DNA from: Thermoproteaceae archaeon
GTDB lineage: Archaea; Thermoproteota; Thermoprotei; Thermoproteales; Thermoproteaceae
DNA length: 30,565 bases
Direction: 5' to 3'
Assembly: GCA_020833025.1 (NCBI GenBank)
Contig: JAJHRB010000011.1
Coordinates: 1-30,565, forward strand
In this document: in pieces, positions 17,698 through 26,861 of the stretch
Numbering within the stretch: position 1 is the first letter of the stretch
Layout: each line of letters starts with the position of its first letter
Position numbers and translations under genes: made by a program
Notes under the pieces: generated by a model
Seen by the model: the letters and a program-made list of their open reading frames with translations, nothing else
The model's database searches: none
Told to the model about the DNA's origin: nothing

Positions 17698-18542
17698 GAC
17701 ACTACCACCGCGTGATATGCCGCGAGCTCCCGCCTGAAGAGCTCGACGTCGTCCAGCCTCTCAATGCGCCTTGCCCCCCTGTCAATATAGTAAGCGGCGA
17801 GCCCGCGCCTCATGGCGAGCCGCAGCACCAGCCCGCTGTGAGTCTCGAGCACCACCGCGGCCCTCGAGCGCGCGATCGCGCTTATCAAGTCCGCGATGTA
17901 GTCCACGTGGAGGCCCGCCTCGAAGTTCTCGACGGCAACAAAGTCCCCCGTCTCAAGCGCCGTTTCGATCGCCAGTCTCCTCCTCTGGCCGTAGGAGAGA
18001 TTGGCAAGGGGTATCCACCGGCCGAGACCCGGGTCGCGCGCGTGGTCGTAGTAGCTCTCCAGGTAGAGGCGCCCGGCAATCGACGGGCACGCCACCACAA
18101 TATCGATATCCTCGGACCTGATGCCGGCGAATGCCACCTCCTGCCGCCCGAGCGCGTGCTCGTGCGCGCCGCACTCCCGCGCCGTCCCCACCTGCACTGC
18201 TCTCACTTCGTCGATATGCCACACCACCAGATCTCTGCCCCAGCCGTCGGGGCTGGTAACGCTGCTCTTCCACTCCGCGCCCCCCACTCTCGCGGTAAAG
18301 GCGTCTCCCCTGATCTCCACGTGAAATTCCCTGAACTTCACGACGGCCTCCGCCTCATCTAGCTCCCGCTTGGGCAGCACGGCACTGCTGTAATACCGCT
18401 TCGAGGAGAGCTTGCTGAGCGCGAGGAGCAAGAGGTGGATTATCGTGGACTTTCCGCCGCTGTTCGGGCCGTACAGGACGACCTTCTCGCCCTCGATGAC
18501 AGTATCCTTCAATACTTTCAACTTTTTTATTTGAAGAAACAT
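17694..18542 (-). CDS. ABC-type ATPase (AAA_21/AAA_15-like, no membrane partner)
   Basis: Walker A GPNSGGKST, signature LSYGQ, Walker B/D-loop VAVENFEAGLH, H-switch LETHS. Confidence 0.88.
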   Translation of the reverse strand: MFLQIKKLKVLKDTVIEGEKVVLYGPNSGGKSTIIHLLLLALSKLSSKRYYSSAVLPKRELDEAEAVVKFREFHVEIRGDAFTARVGGAEWKSSVTSPDGWGRDLVVWHIDEVRAVQVGTARECGAHEHALGRQEVAFAGIRSEDIDIVVACPSIAGRLYLESYYDHARDPGLGRWIPLANLSYGQRRRLAIETALETGDFVAVENFEAGLHVDYIADLISAIARSRAAVVLETHSGLVLRLAMRRGLAAYYIDRGARRIERLDDVELFRRELAAYHAVVVS

Positions 18543-18544
18543 GG

Positions 18545-18558
18545 TGACTTAGAAGTCA
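18545..18558. promoter_or_regulatory. 14-bp palindrome, putative operator
   Basis: TGACTT-AG-AAGTCA between a CTTAAG box (18567-18572, minus) and the ATPase ATG. Confidence 0.4.
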
Positions 18559-18563
18559 AGCAA

Positions 18564-19331
18564 TCACTTAAGCCTGACAACGCCATACCCCACTCGGGTC
18601 TTGGCGCCGAGGCCCTCCGCCAGGGCCTCTTTTATCAGGCCGTACACCTCCTCGGCGCACCTGACCTCCAGGCTGCGCGACGCGACAAAGAAATCGAAGG
18701 TGGCACCTGGCCTGATCACGGGGAAGACTATGGGCGTGGGCTTCGCCGCGTCCTCCCTCACGACATCGGGCTCTCTGTAGTGCGGCGTTATCACGTCAGG
18801 CTCGACGGCGACAGAAGACGTTGGCAGCGCGTCTGTGATCACTAGCGCCCCCTCCCGCCCCGCGTGGCCGAAGAGCTCTGCCGGCGGGAGGCCGCAGGCC
18901 CCCCGGCGCGTCCCCGCCTTCAGGGCGCCCTTTAGCGCGGTGGCGGGAATGTACGGCGCGTTGAATATGGGGTGCCACGCCAGGCCAATCTCGAGCGGCA
19001 TGTAGGGGTTGCGCAGATGAACGGCGAGGGGCGTCTCCGTCTCCACCGTTAGGCGGAGCACGAGGGGGAACTGACTCCTTAGTTCTCGGTCTAAAGCCTC
19101 CAGGTACCTCAGTATCAATTCCGTCTGGATGCGGAAGTCCTTCAGTCTCACCGTGACCTCCCTGCTGAACTTAGAGAGCTTGGCCTCCTCGCCTTGCTTT
19201 GTCCGCACCCACTCCAGAAGCCCCGTGACCACGCACGAGGTGACGTTGTAGCCGGGCCGTATGCAGTCCAGAGCGGCTATCCCCTCCTCGGGGGGCCGGC
19301 GTCCCCCGTCGTGCCCTCTGGGCTGCCTCAC
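18564..19331 (-). CDS. cmr6: Type III-B RAMP Cmr6
   Basis: TPLAVHL..PLEIGLAWHPIFNAPYIPATALKGAL, DALP, DVITPHY, PTPIVFPVI, GLGAKTRVGYG; GTGA overlap with cmr1. Confidence 0.92.
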   Translation of the reverse strand: MRQPRGHDGGRRPPEEGIAALDCIRPGYNVTSCVVTGLLEWVRTKQGEEAKLSKFSREVTVRLKDFRIQTELILRYLEALDRELRSQFPLVLRLTVETETPLAVHLRNPYMPLEIGLAWHPIFNAPYIPATALKGALKAGTRRGACGLPPAELFGHAGREGALVITDALPTSSVAVEPDVITPHYREPDVVREDAAKPTPIVFPVIRPGATFDFFVASRSLEVRCAEEVYGLIKEALAEGLGAKTRVGYGVVRLK

Positions 19332-20374
19332 GGCCACACCCTCTGGGGGCTCCACCTCTGTATCAGCCGGAGGAAGAGGTCGCGCGCCTCTCTCACCCTC
19401 CTCTCGTCCACCACAATGCTCTCCACGCCGCTCTCTCCCACCCACTTGAGCTTGGGAGGCCAGTCGGCGGAGAGAAACAACGAGATGTAGGTGCCACCGC
19501 CGTACTTGTGCCTCGGCGAGTGTGCCGCCGCGAAAACTGCCGAGGGCCTTCTCAGCCCCTCGCCGCGCGGGTCCATGTAGCCCGTGCCCGTGCCCCTCTG
19601 GCTTCTAGGCAGGCCGAAGAACCACGCGTTGCGGTCCATGGGGTCTGGCGCCGCGAAGCTCCCGGCGGCCAGCTCTGCCCTGCGGGACCGCAGGAAGATG
19701 TTATGTACGTCAGGGAATCCCGCCGCGACCTTGTAAACCTCAAAGAAGCCTCTCGCCGCGGCAGGGATGGGAGGGAGCCCTTGCTGCGCGGCGCCGCACT
19801 TCCCTACCCGCACGCCCTCTCTCGCAGCCTCGAGGAGCTCCCTCACCCCGCCCCTAGGGGCGTCTCCCCGCGTGTCCAGCACGTCGACGACCCCCAGCGA
19901 CTTCCTCCCGCCCTTGCCCAGGCCGGAGAGAGTGAGCGCTAGGGCAAGCGCCGCCACGGCGGGGGCGAATGCCCTGTGATTTCCCTCCACCGTCAGCCTG
20001 AACATGCCCCCAACGGCATACTCCACGTCGTGCGACAGCGCTATTAGGTCCAGCCTCTGAATGCCGCTTTTCCGCCTCCGCCTCACTACCTCAACCCTCG
20101 GCGGCCTGAGCACCTCGACCCTTATCCTGTACGCAGAGGCGGCTTTAGTCGAGCCAAGGCCCATGTCCTCGGCGACGGCCCTCGAGGTCTCTTTTGCCAG
20201 ATCCCTCACGCACCCTGCCTCGTAAAGCACGCCGGCAGCAACCGCCCTCGCCCACCACCTCCAGAGGCCCTTAACGGAGGTAGGCCTTATGTAAAAGCGA
20301 GGGTCGAGCACGCCGGGGTCGTACCAGCCCACGGAGAGGGGCGTGTTGATGGTGAGCTCGAAGACCGCCCTCAT
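19328..20374 (-). CDS. cmr1: Type III-B RAMP Cmr1
   Basis: TPLSVG..IRPTSVKGLWRWWARA, GLGKGGRKSLG, FFGLPR, RRPSAV. Confidence 0.92.
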   Translation of the reverse strand: MRAVFELTINTPLSVGWYDPGVLDPRFYIRPTSVKGLWRWWARAVAAGVLYEAGCVRDLAKETSRAVAEDMGLGSTKAASAYRIRVEVLRPPRVEVVRRRRKSGIQRLDLIALSHDVEYAVGGMFRLTVEGNHRAFAPAVAALALALTLSGLGKGGRKSLGVVDVLDTRGDAPRGGVRELLEAAREGVRVGKCGAAQQGLPPIPAAARGFFEVYKVAAGFPDVHNIFLRSRRAELAAGSFAAPDPMDRNAWFFGLPRSQRGTGTGYMDPRGEGLRRPSAVFAAAHSPRHKYGGGTYISLFLSADWPPKLKWVGESGVESIVVDERRVREARDLFLRLIQRWSPQRVWP

Positions 20375-20799
20375 TCCCCCCTCTCGAACTTCGCCTCCGC
20401 CAGCTTCTTAAGCCAGTCCACGAACTCGGCGAGCTCTAGGTCCACTAGGTCGCCGAGCCTCTCGACCTCCCTCAAGGCCTCCCCCAGGTTGCCGGCCTTG
20501 ACGCCCAGGGCTCTCAGCGCGTCGACGAGACACAGGCCGTAAATGGCGTATCCCCTCTCCTCCCTCGACAGGCTGGAGCTGCATATTGCCCTGACGCCCT
20601 CCTCGACGCTCTTGTGCGAGAATATGTCGCGCTCGCTCGACCTCGCGGCGAGGGCGGCCAGCGCGTAGGCGGTGCCCGTGTAGTAAATATCGGAGGGCAC
20701 GTGCCTGGCCCTGGCCCTGAAGGCAGACCGCGTCTCGCCGTCGCAGTGACGCTCGACCAGCTCCACGCACTCGAGCGCCTTCCTGAGCCACGACGTCAT
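20371..20799 (-). CDS. cmr5: Type III-B small subunit Cmr5
   Basis: Helical 142 aa with PSDIYYTG..YALA and WLKKLAEAKF; ATGA overlap with the cmr4 stop. Confidence 0.88.
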   Translation of the reverse strand: MTSWLRKALECVELVERHCDGETRSAFRARARHVPSDIYYTGTAYALAALAARSSERDIFSHKSVEEGVRAICSSSLSREERGYAIYGLCLVDALRALGVKAGNLGEALREVERLGDLVDLELAEFVDWLKKLAEAKFERGE

Positions 20800-21758
20800 A
20801 AGATCACCTTGACGAGACCCCTGCCTATTGTCTCCTTGCCGCCGAGCCACACCGGGCCCCTGATCATGTCGCTCACGTAGTCGCAGGGATCGCCGTCTAC
20901 TCTCACTCTCTTCCTGCACACTTGCCTCTCCTCGTCGACCTCGCCATCGGCGCATTTCTTTTCTTTGTCCATACTCACGCTCACGCTCACAACGCTCGGC
21001 CGCCGCCCGGCGCAGTAGTACCCGGACACAAAGACCGTAAATGGCGGGATGTACTCCTCGCTCCACGGGCCGGTCTCCACGGTCTTAGTATCCTGCTTTA
21101 GGCGGACTCTGTACTGCACTAGGAGGCTGCGCCGCACTATCCCCGCGATGTCGTCGTCTGATGCCACGGCGAAGCCGACCTCGCCCACCATCCTTCTTAC
21201 CTCTTGAAACGGCGGGAGGTCGAGGGCCGGCGCCCTCCCCGCGACCCTGTACTTCCTTTCGTTGATCACCGCGTGCCCGTTCACCGAGTACCTGTTGTCG
21301 GACAGGTAGACCGTGCCGCTCCCGGGCCTCGGGATCTCTGGCAGCTTGAGCGCGCAGCCCAGGGCCTCCGCGTAAAGCGCGGCGAAGCTGAGCAGCAGCG
21401 GCGACGTGACGTACAGCCACACCCCCTTCAGAGACCTCGCGGGAATGGCCACGAGCTTGACGTCGAGAAACGCCACCGGCGACGCGAACTCAGACGCCTC
21501 CTCTGGCCTCGGCCCGAATGCGGCTAGCACCCTGGCGCACTGGGCCGGGTCGCCCACGCACTTGGCGCTCCGCCCGTCGCTATGGAACAGCCCGCGCTCC
21601 GCCTTGGCTCTCAGGGCGCCCTTGAGCGACGAGGCCCATATCGCCGGGAGCCCGAACTCGTCCCGCTGGACTGGCAGGTCCACATGCGCCGCCTCGCCGC
21701 GGCCCACGCCGGGGTGGAGGGCTGTCAAGGCCACCAGCCAGAACAGCTTACCCCCCAT
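20796..21758 (-). CDS. cmr4: Type III-B backbone RNase Cmr4
   Basis: TALHPGVG..VDLPVQRD (catalytic Asp), WASSLKGALR, WSEEYIP, LGGKETIGRGL. Confidence 0.95.
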   Translation of the reverse strand: MGGKLFWLVALTALHPGVGRGEAAHVDLPVQRDEFGLPAIWASSLKGALRAKAERGLFHSDGRSAKCVGDPAQCARVLAAFGPRPEEASEFASPVAFLDVKLVAIPARSLKGVWLYVTSPLLLSFAALYAEALGCALKLPEIPRPGSGTVYLSDNRYSVNGHAVINERKYRVAGRAPALDLPPFQEVRRMVGEVGFAVASDDDIAGIVRRSLLVQYRVRLKQDTKTVETGPWSEEYIPPFTVFVSGYYCAGRRPSVVSVSVSMDKEKKCADGEVDEERQVCRKRVRVDGDPCDYVSDMIRGPVWLGGKETIGRGLVKVIL

Positions 21759-21790
21759 TAACTTTCATAAACTCGCCACTTTTTAAAATT
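21759..21790. promoter_or_regulatory. 32-bp bidirectional promoter for cmr4 and cmr2 operons
   Basis: TTCATAAA (+) about 20-25 nt before the cmr2 GTG; TTTTAAAAA (-) about 25 nt before the cmr4 ATG. Confidence 0.65.
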
Positions 21791-24640
21791 GTGGACTGGT
21801 TCGCCAAGGCGTACGCCCTCCTTCACGATCCGCCTCACAAGGCCCTCTGGTTTGAGGACGAGAAGTACAGGGTCTTTGACAAGGAGAGCCACGAGGGCGA
21901 GGCGCGCAAGATGCTCGACGAAATGCTCAGGGGAACGCCTCTCGGCGGAGGGGCCCCCTCTAGGGACGTCACGATGAGGGTGAAGACGGCGGACAGGATT
22001 GCTGCGTCGTTTGACAGGTGGGCCCTGCCGGAGCCCGCCGGCGGCTACTGGGCGGTGGCAGAGGCTCTGTACAACCCCTTCAACTTACAGTACTCAATGC
22101 GGATAGAGAGGCCAGATCCAAAGGCCTTCAGGAGCGCGCTGGAGGATTACATCCGCCGAGCGAATGAAATCCTCAGGGCCGCGCGGAACGACAGAGAGAC
22201 TTACGTACTGCTCTACGCCGTCGCCGAGCCGCTCTGGATACTGAAGGGCCTGCCGGCCCTCCCGGCGGACACCAGAGCGCCGACCCACACGGTCTTCGAC
22301 CACCTGTACGCGACGGCATCCATGATGAACTGGGTGGACGGCGGGGGCAGCCTCAGCCCGAGGGGCTGTCTGCTCGAGATTGACGTCCCCGGCATTCAGA
22401 GGATTATCGGCTCGGCGAGAAAGGCGGGGGACTACCGCGCGGGGAGTCTCCTCGTGTCGCTGGCTGTGTGGCTGACGGCGTGGCAGTACATGCGGAAGTA
22501 CGGTCCCGACGTACTCCTCTCCCCCACGCCCCGCTTCAACCCCCTCTTCTACTTCCAGCTGGCCAGAGAGATCAAAGGGGGAGAAATTGAGGGCGCCGGC
22601 AAGCGCGCGCCCGGCGAGAGGGCCCTGGAGCTCTACGCCGAGCTCGTCGTCAAGGCGCTCGGCCTCAAGGCGCTGGGGGAGGAAGGAAGGGAGGGCGGGC
22701 CTGAGAGGCTAATCGCCGAGTACTTCATCGAGAGGGCTTCCGTGATACCGGGCACGGCGTATCTAGCGCTGCCCGACTGCGCGGAGGCCGAGAGAGCGCC
22801 GGAGTACTTCGAGGCGGCGCTCTCCGCCATAAAAGATGCGGCGTGCGGCTCCGAGCGCGAGGACCTGCCCCTCCCCGTCAGGCCCGCCGCCGTGCGGGAC
22901 AACCACGTGGCCAGGCTGGCGAGGAGGGTCCTCGAGAGAACCCCCGCGCTCTACCTCCCGCTCAGGCACAGGTGTGTGTCCGTCGAGGATGCGCTGCGCG
23001 AGGCCGAGAGGGTCGCCAGAGAGCTCGCGCCGCCCGACCACCTCCTGAGGGCTCTCGGGGGAGAGCGCGGCCTGGCGGAGCGCCTTCTGTTCTACGCTGC
23101 GTGGAGGCTGCTGCACAGAAAGGTCGCGGCGCCGAGGGCGCCCTCGTGGTTCAGCGAGGGCGGGAGGCCCAACTTCGTCAAGCTCTACGAGGGGCCGTGG
23201 ATTCACAGCACGCTGGACCCAGACCAGCCGGCGTCGCTGAGACTCGGCGGCGTGGTTAGAGAGAGGAGGCTGGACTACGACGAGGAGACGTGGAGCGTGC
23301 TCAGCCGCGAGCTGGGAGCGGGGGAGGGCGCGGAGAAGTTGAGGGAGGAGCTGAAGAAGGTCTTCAAGCCGAAGGAGGCGCTCGGCCCGGTAGACGTGCT
23401 CAAGCGGGCGCTCTACTACGCCGTGGCCGGGGGAGGAATACCGTCGGTGCAGGAGACGGCTCTGAGGTGGTACTATAACAGGGGATGGGCGGAGGCCTGC
23501 GACGACAGCGTCAGGAGAGGCATTGAAGAGATCGTCGGAGGGGGCGACGCCGAGGAGATCTTCGGCCAGCCGCCGGCGCCGGATGCCGTCTTGCGGCAGC
23601 GCTGCAAGCGCAAGGAGACGGACAAGCCGCCGATGTCGTTCACGTACGCCATAGTCAGAGCCGACGGGGACTACGTGGGGAGGCTCGCGAGGGGCTGCGT
23701 GAGGGGCCGCGCCGGCGGCGCGGTCGAGCAGGCGCTCGAGGACGTGCTGCCCAGAGAGGCCAGGGGCGACGCGGAGAGGTGGAGGGAGGACGGGAGGCTC
23801 GTCATCGAGGCGTTCAAGCTCGTCCAGAAGCTCCGGGGCAAGGAGTGCGAGGACGCCACGGGGGAGTTCCTCAAGGAGTTCCCCGACGTGATGTTCGTCG
23901 TCCCGTCGCCGTCTTACTACGCCGCGCTCTCCGCCTCGCTCATGATCACCGCGCTCAAGGACGCGAAGGCAGTCATCGAGCGCGACGGCGATGTCGTGTT
24001 TGCCGGCGGCGACGACCTGCTCGCCTTTGCGGCGAGGCCTGCGGCGCTGGAGATAGTCGAGGAGACCAGGAGGGCTTATCACGGCGACGGCGGCTTTCAC
24101 AGGCTGACGGACAGCTACGCGGTGCCGGCCCCCGCGGCCTACGGCAGGAGCTACTCGGTGAGACTCACGCACTCGATCACGGACTTCATGGCCATCGAGG
24201 TCGACGAGGCGAGCAGGCTGCTGGAGGCCGCCAAGAGTGCCGTGAGGGGCAAGGACGCGCTAGTGATATCCGCCTCGACGGGGCACGCGGGCGTCGTGAG
24301 GATGTTGGACGTGGGCGAGGTGGAGAGAGTCGTGAAGGCCTACCTTGCCGGCGACCTCTCCCGAAACCTCCCCCACGACATGGAGGCGGTTTACACGCCC
24401 GGCGCGCCGGTGGGAGGCAGCGACGCGAGGAGGGCTGAGGAGATCCTCCTGGCGTACACTGTCAGGAGGAACGTCCGCAGGGGCAGCAAGGCAGGGGACG
24501 GGCTCGTTGAGGCGCTAGTAAGGCTCCACGGCGCCATGTGGGATTACTTTAGGCTGGAGGGCGCGCGAGACAGGCTGGGGCTGGCGGGCCCCTGGCACAA
24601 TATGGTCGAGCTGCTGAAGGCGCTCAGGGAGTTCCTATGA
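21791..24640 (+). CDS. cmr2: Cas10/Cmr2 with HD domain and intact GGDD palm
   Basis: LLHDPPHKAL..ADRIAASFDR, PADTRAP.HTVFDHL, ADGD..G, FAGGDDLLAF. Confidence 0.96.
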   Translation: MDWFAKAYALLHDPPHKALWFEDEKYRVFDKESHEGEARKMLDEMLRGTPLGGGAPSRDVTMRVKTADRIAASFDRWALPEPAGGYWAVAEALYNPFNLQYSMRIERPDPKAFRSALEDYIRRANEILRAARNDRETYVLLYAVAEPLWILKGLPALPADTRAPTHTVFDHLYATASMMNWVDGGGSLSPRGCLLEIDVPGIQRIIGSARKAGDYRAGSLLVSLAVWLTAWQYMRKYGPDVLLSPTPRFNPLFYFQLAREIKGGEIEGAGKRAPGERALELYAELVVKALGLKALGEEGREGGPERLIAEYFIERASVIPGTAYLALPDCAEAERAPEYFEAALSAIKDAACGSEREDLPLPVRPAAVRDNHVARLARRVLERTPALYLPLRHRCVSVEDALREAERVARELAPPDHLLRALGGERGLAERLLFYAAWRLLHRKVAAPRAPSWFSEGGRPNFVKLYEGPWIHSTLDPDQPASLRLGGVVRERRLDYDEETWSVLSRELGAGEGAEKLREELKKVFKPKEALGPVDVLKRALYYAVAGGGIPSVQETALRWYYNRGWAEACDDSVRRGIEEIVGGGDAEEIFGQPPAPDAVLRQRCKRKETDKPPMSFTYAIVRADGDYVGRLARGCVRGRAGGAVEQALEDVLPREARGDAERWREDGRLVIEAFKLVQKLRGKECEDATGEFLKEFPDVMFVVPSPSYYAALSASLMITALKDAKAVIERDGDVVFAGGDDLLAFAARPAALEIVEETRRAYHGDGGFHRLTDSYAVPAPAAYGRSYSVRLTHSITDFMAIEVDEASRLLEAAKSAVRGKDALVISASTGHAGVVRMLDVGEVERVVKAYLAGDLSRNLPHDMEAVYTPGAPVGGSDARRAEEILLAYTVRRNVRRGSKAGDGLVEALVRLHGAMWDYFRLEGARDRLGLAGPWHNMVELLKALREFL

Positions 24641-25542
24641 TCGAGCTGAGGATAACCCCCATCGGCCCCGCGCGCTTCGGCATCAGGCATCTGTCAACGC
24701 CGGCCGTCGCCAGCAGGGATGACGTCTGGATCGCCCCGCCGCCCTCCACCGTGCTGGGAGCCCTCGGCGCGCTTCTCGGCGCGAGGGTGGACTGCGGGAG
24801 GTGCGGCAGCGGGGACTTCGAGTGCCGGGCGGCGGCGGCCGAGAGGTCGCTGCTCGAGCTGGCGGACCAGCTCGGCGTGCGCAAGATGTGGGGGCCGCTC
24901 GTCAGGGCGGGGGGCAGGATCGGCGTTCCCGCCCTCGACTTCGTGCTCTACCCGGACAGCATGACCGCGGAGAGGGTGGAAAAGGTGTCGAGAGTCGGCC
25001 TGGCGCTGACGGAGAACAAAACGGCGGCGCCGGGCTACCTCTACCGCGCCACGTTCCTGCGCGCAAGAGGCCTCACCTACATCTACTACATCGACGGCGA
25101 TCTCGGGCCCTTCAGGCCGAGGGTTGTCAGGCTGGGGGGCGAGGGGAGGGCGGCACTGGTCGAGGCGGTAGAAGTCAAGGAGAGGCCGCCGGGAGTGATG
25201 CCAGAGGCTGTGAGCGGGCATGCCGTCCTCATAACGCCCCTCCTCATGCCAGACGGCGAGCTCCCGCGGTGCGTGAAGCCCCTGGGAGCGTACGAGCTGA
25301 AGCCGGCTGAGGAAGGGGGGAGGGCCCCTGCGGTCAGGCTGGAAAGGAAGGTCAGGGTAGTCCAGTGGGGCCTTGGCTTCAGCGAGGCGTGCCGCGAGAG
25401 GAGGCCAATATACCCAGCCCTGCCTCCAGGCACGGCGGTAGAGGCCGGCGACTGCCCCGCCGCGGTCGGCTACATGGCCCGGCTCGGCTACGGCGCGCTG
25501 TACCCCATGAGGCGAGCGCTCGCGCCTGCAGAGCCGCCGTGA
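24637..25542 (+). CDS. cmr3: Type III-B RAMP Cmr3
   Basis: PPPSTVLGAL, RVGLAL..K.A..GYLY, VVRLGGEGR, LITP, ALPPGT, LGYG; ATGA overlap with cmr2. Confidence 0.92.
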   Translation: MIELRITPIGPARFGIRHLSTPAVASRDDVWIAPPPSTVLGALGALLGARVDCGRCGSGDFECRAAAAERSLLELADQLGVRKMWGPLVRAGGRIGVPALDFVLYPDSMTAERVEKVSRVGLALTENKTAAPGYLYRATFLRARGLTYIYYIDGDLGPFRPRVVRLGGEGRAALVEAVEVKERPPGVMPEAVSGHAVLITPLLMPDGELPRCVKPLGAYELKPAEEGGRAPAVRLERKVRVVQWGLGFSEACRERRPIYPALPPGTAVEAGDCPAAVGYMARLGYGALYPMRRALAPAEPP

Positions 25543-25597
25543 CGTCTCGGCGGCGGCAGGGCGGCTGGAGCTGCCGGCTGGCTATCCGCGCGCCGGC

Positions 25598-25623
25598 CCC
25601 TCAGAGCCTATTTTTTCTGAGGG
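25598..25623. terminator. Hairpin with T-run between convergent cmr3 and csx1
   Basis: CCCTCAGA/TCTGAGGG 8-bp stem enclosing a T-run. Confidence 0.35.
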
Positions 25624-25658
25624 TTCGCGCGATTTGGTCGGCGAGGGGGCCTCGGGAA

Positions 25659-26861
25659 TCACATCTCGAGACACCTCTTTGTCCTCTCCAGGTCTTTCCT
25701 TTCCATCACGATAGCCCCATCGCGGCAGATTTTGACGTAGCTGTCAAGCAGGCCGGCGTGTGCGACAAAATCTCTATTGTCCTCTTCGCAGGGCTCGCCG
25801 GCTCTCTGAGGCGGGAAGCCCTTCACCTCCGCCAGCGTTTTACAGCCGGCGAGTGGGATCCGGCGCAGCAGCTCCTCTATCTCGTCCAGCTCGTGGTTTA
25901 CCAGAAGCCGCGCGGTGGGGTTCAGCTTTCTTACCACGTGCCACTTCCTGTACTGCTGAACGGTTTTTGGGAGCTCCTTGCAGCCAGCCCACGCCAGAAG
26001 CCGCTCGTAAAGCGCTCTGAAGTCAGGCGCCTCGCCGTACTCAACCTCGCACAGCCTCTCGCCATACCTAAGCTTAGGCACTGTGCTGTAAGACGGCTCC
26101 TCCGTCTCGCAGAGTCTCGCGTAATGGAGCGGCGCGCCGTAGTAGAGAGCACGGGACGCCAGGTGGCGCGGCTCCCAGAAGAAGTGGAGATGGTCGAGCG
26201 AGTCGCTGAATAGCCTCACGTAGTGCCAGTCCTCCGGCGTGGCGTTCCACACGGAGATCTCCACCCGGTCGTAGCCGTAGAGAAGCGCGACGTTCGCCAC
26301 CAGCCTGACGGCATAGAGCGAGATTGTCGGCATGAAGTTAACGCCGTGGGTCACGTCGAGCGCGACCTCGAGCCTGCCCCCGGGCTCGCCCAGCTCCTTC
26401 ACTTGCCTCCAGAGGCCCAGCACAAGCTCGGCCAGGATGTGATCCGGCGACGCCTTGTAGAGGTACCTGCCGGCGTACAGCCCCACGGAGCCCGTGGCCA
26501 CCACCTCCACGCTGTGGCCCATGGCCGCCGCCACCGCCTTCACATAAGCCGCAAGCGCCTCCCGCCATCTCTCGCCTACAAGCGGCTCAAGCACCACGGA
26601 ATCACCCCGCTCCTTGAAGCTGACGACGCCGCTCCATCTTTCTGCGAATTTCCGCGCCGTTTCCACTGCCTTCTCGTTCTCCTTGGCCCTCCTTGCCACG
26701 GCCGTCAAGGCAGAGTCCACCACGTAGACGACGTAGCGGTCGGCCTCTGCGCAGGCGATGGAGGAGAAGCCCTCCCTCTCCTCCCAGCCGCACTTATACC
26801 TCGCCCAGCGCCAGTTTAACGGGCTGCCCCACGTGGTGACATAGAGCCTTCTGCTCTCCAT
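25659..26861 (-). CDS. csx1: CARF-HEPN ribonuclease Csx1
   Basis: VTTWGSP..W..Y, VVDS, LDVTHGVNFMP CARF motif, HEPN R-x4-H (RDFVAH). Confidence 0.93.
   Translation of the reverse strand: MESRRLYVTTWGSPLNWRWARYKCGWEEREGFSSIACAEADRYVVYVVDSALTAVARRAKENEKAVETARKFAERWSGVVSFKERGDSVVLEPLVGERWREALAAYVKAVAAAMGHSVEVVATGSVGLYAGRYLYKASPDHILAELVLGLWRQVKELGEPGGRLEVALDVTHGVNFMPTISLYAVRLVANVALLYGYDRVEISVWNATPEDWHYVRLFSDSLDHLHFFWEPRHLASRALYYGAPLHYARLCETEEPSYSTVPKLRYGERLCEVEYGEAPDFRALYERLLAWAGCKELPKTVQQYRKWHVVRKLNPTARLLVNHELDEIEELLRRIPLAGCKTLAEVKGFPPQRAGEPCEEDNRDFVAHAGLLDSYVKICRDGAIVMERKDLERTKRCLEM

Noticed and set aside
18515-18522. GTTGAAAG (minus) here and GTTGAATGAAAG near 26956-26967 as degenerate repeats
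   Set aside because: Only the 3' end matches; one lies inside the ATPase coding sequence; no spacing pattern
18564-19445. Long N-terminal extensions in the track for cmr6 (also cmr5, crn1, macrodomain, GNAT, GH31, rpl23)
   Set aside because: They overlap neighbouring genes or promoters; internal starts with stop-start overlap or TATA spacing fit better
22763-24172. Long antisense ORF (469 aa) and many other overlapping ORFs in the track
   Set aside because: Shadow frames of GC-rich genes; Arg/Pro/Ala-rich, with no motifs, opposite well-identified CDSs
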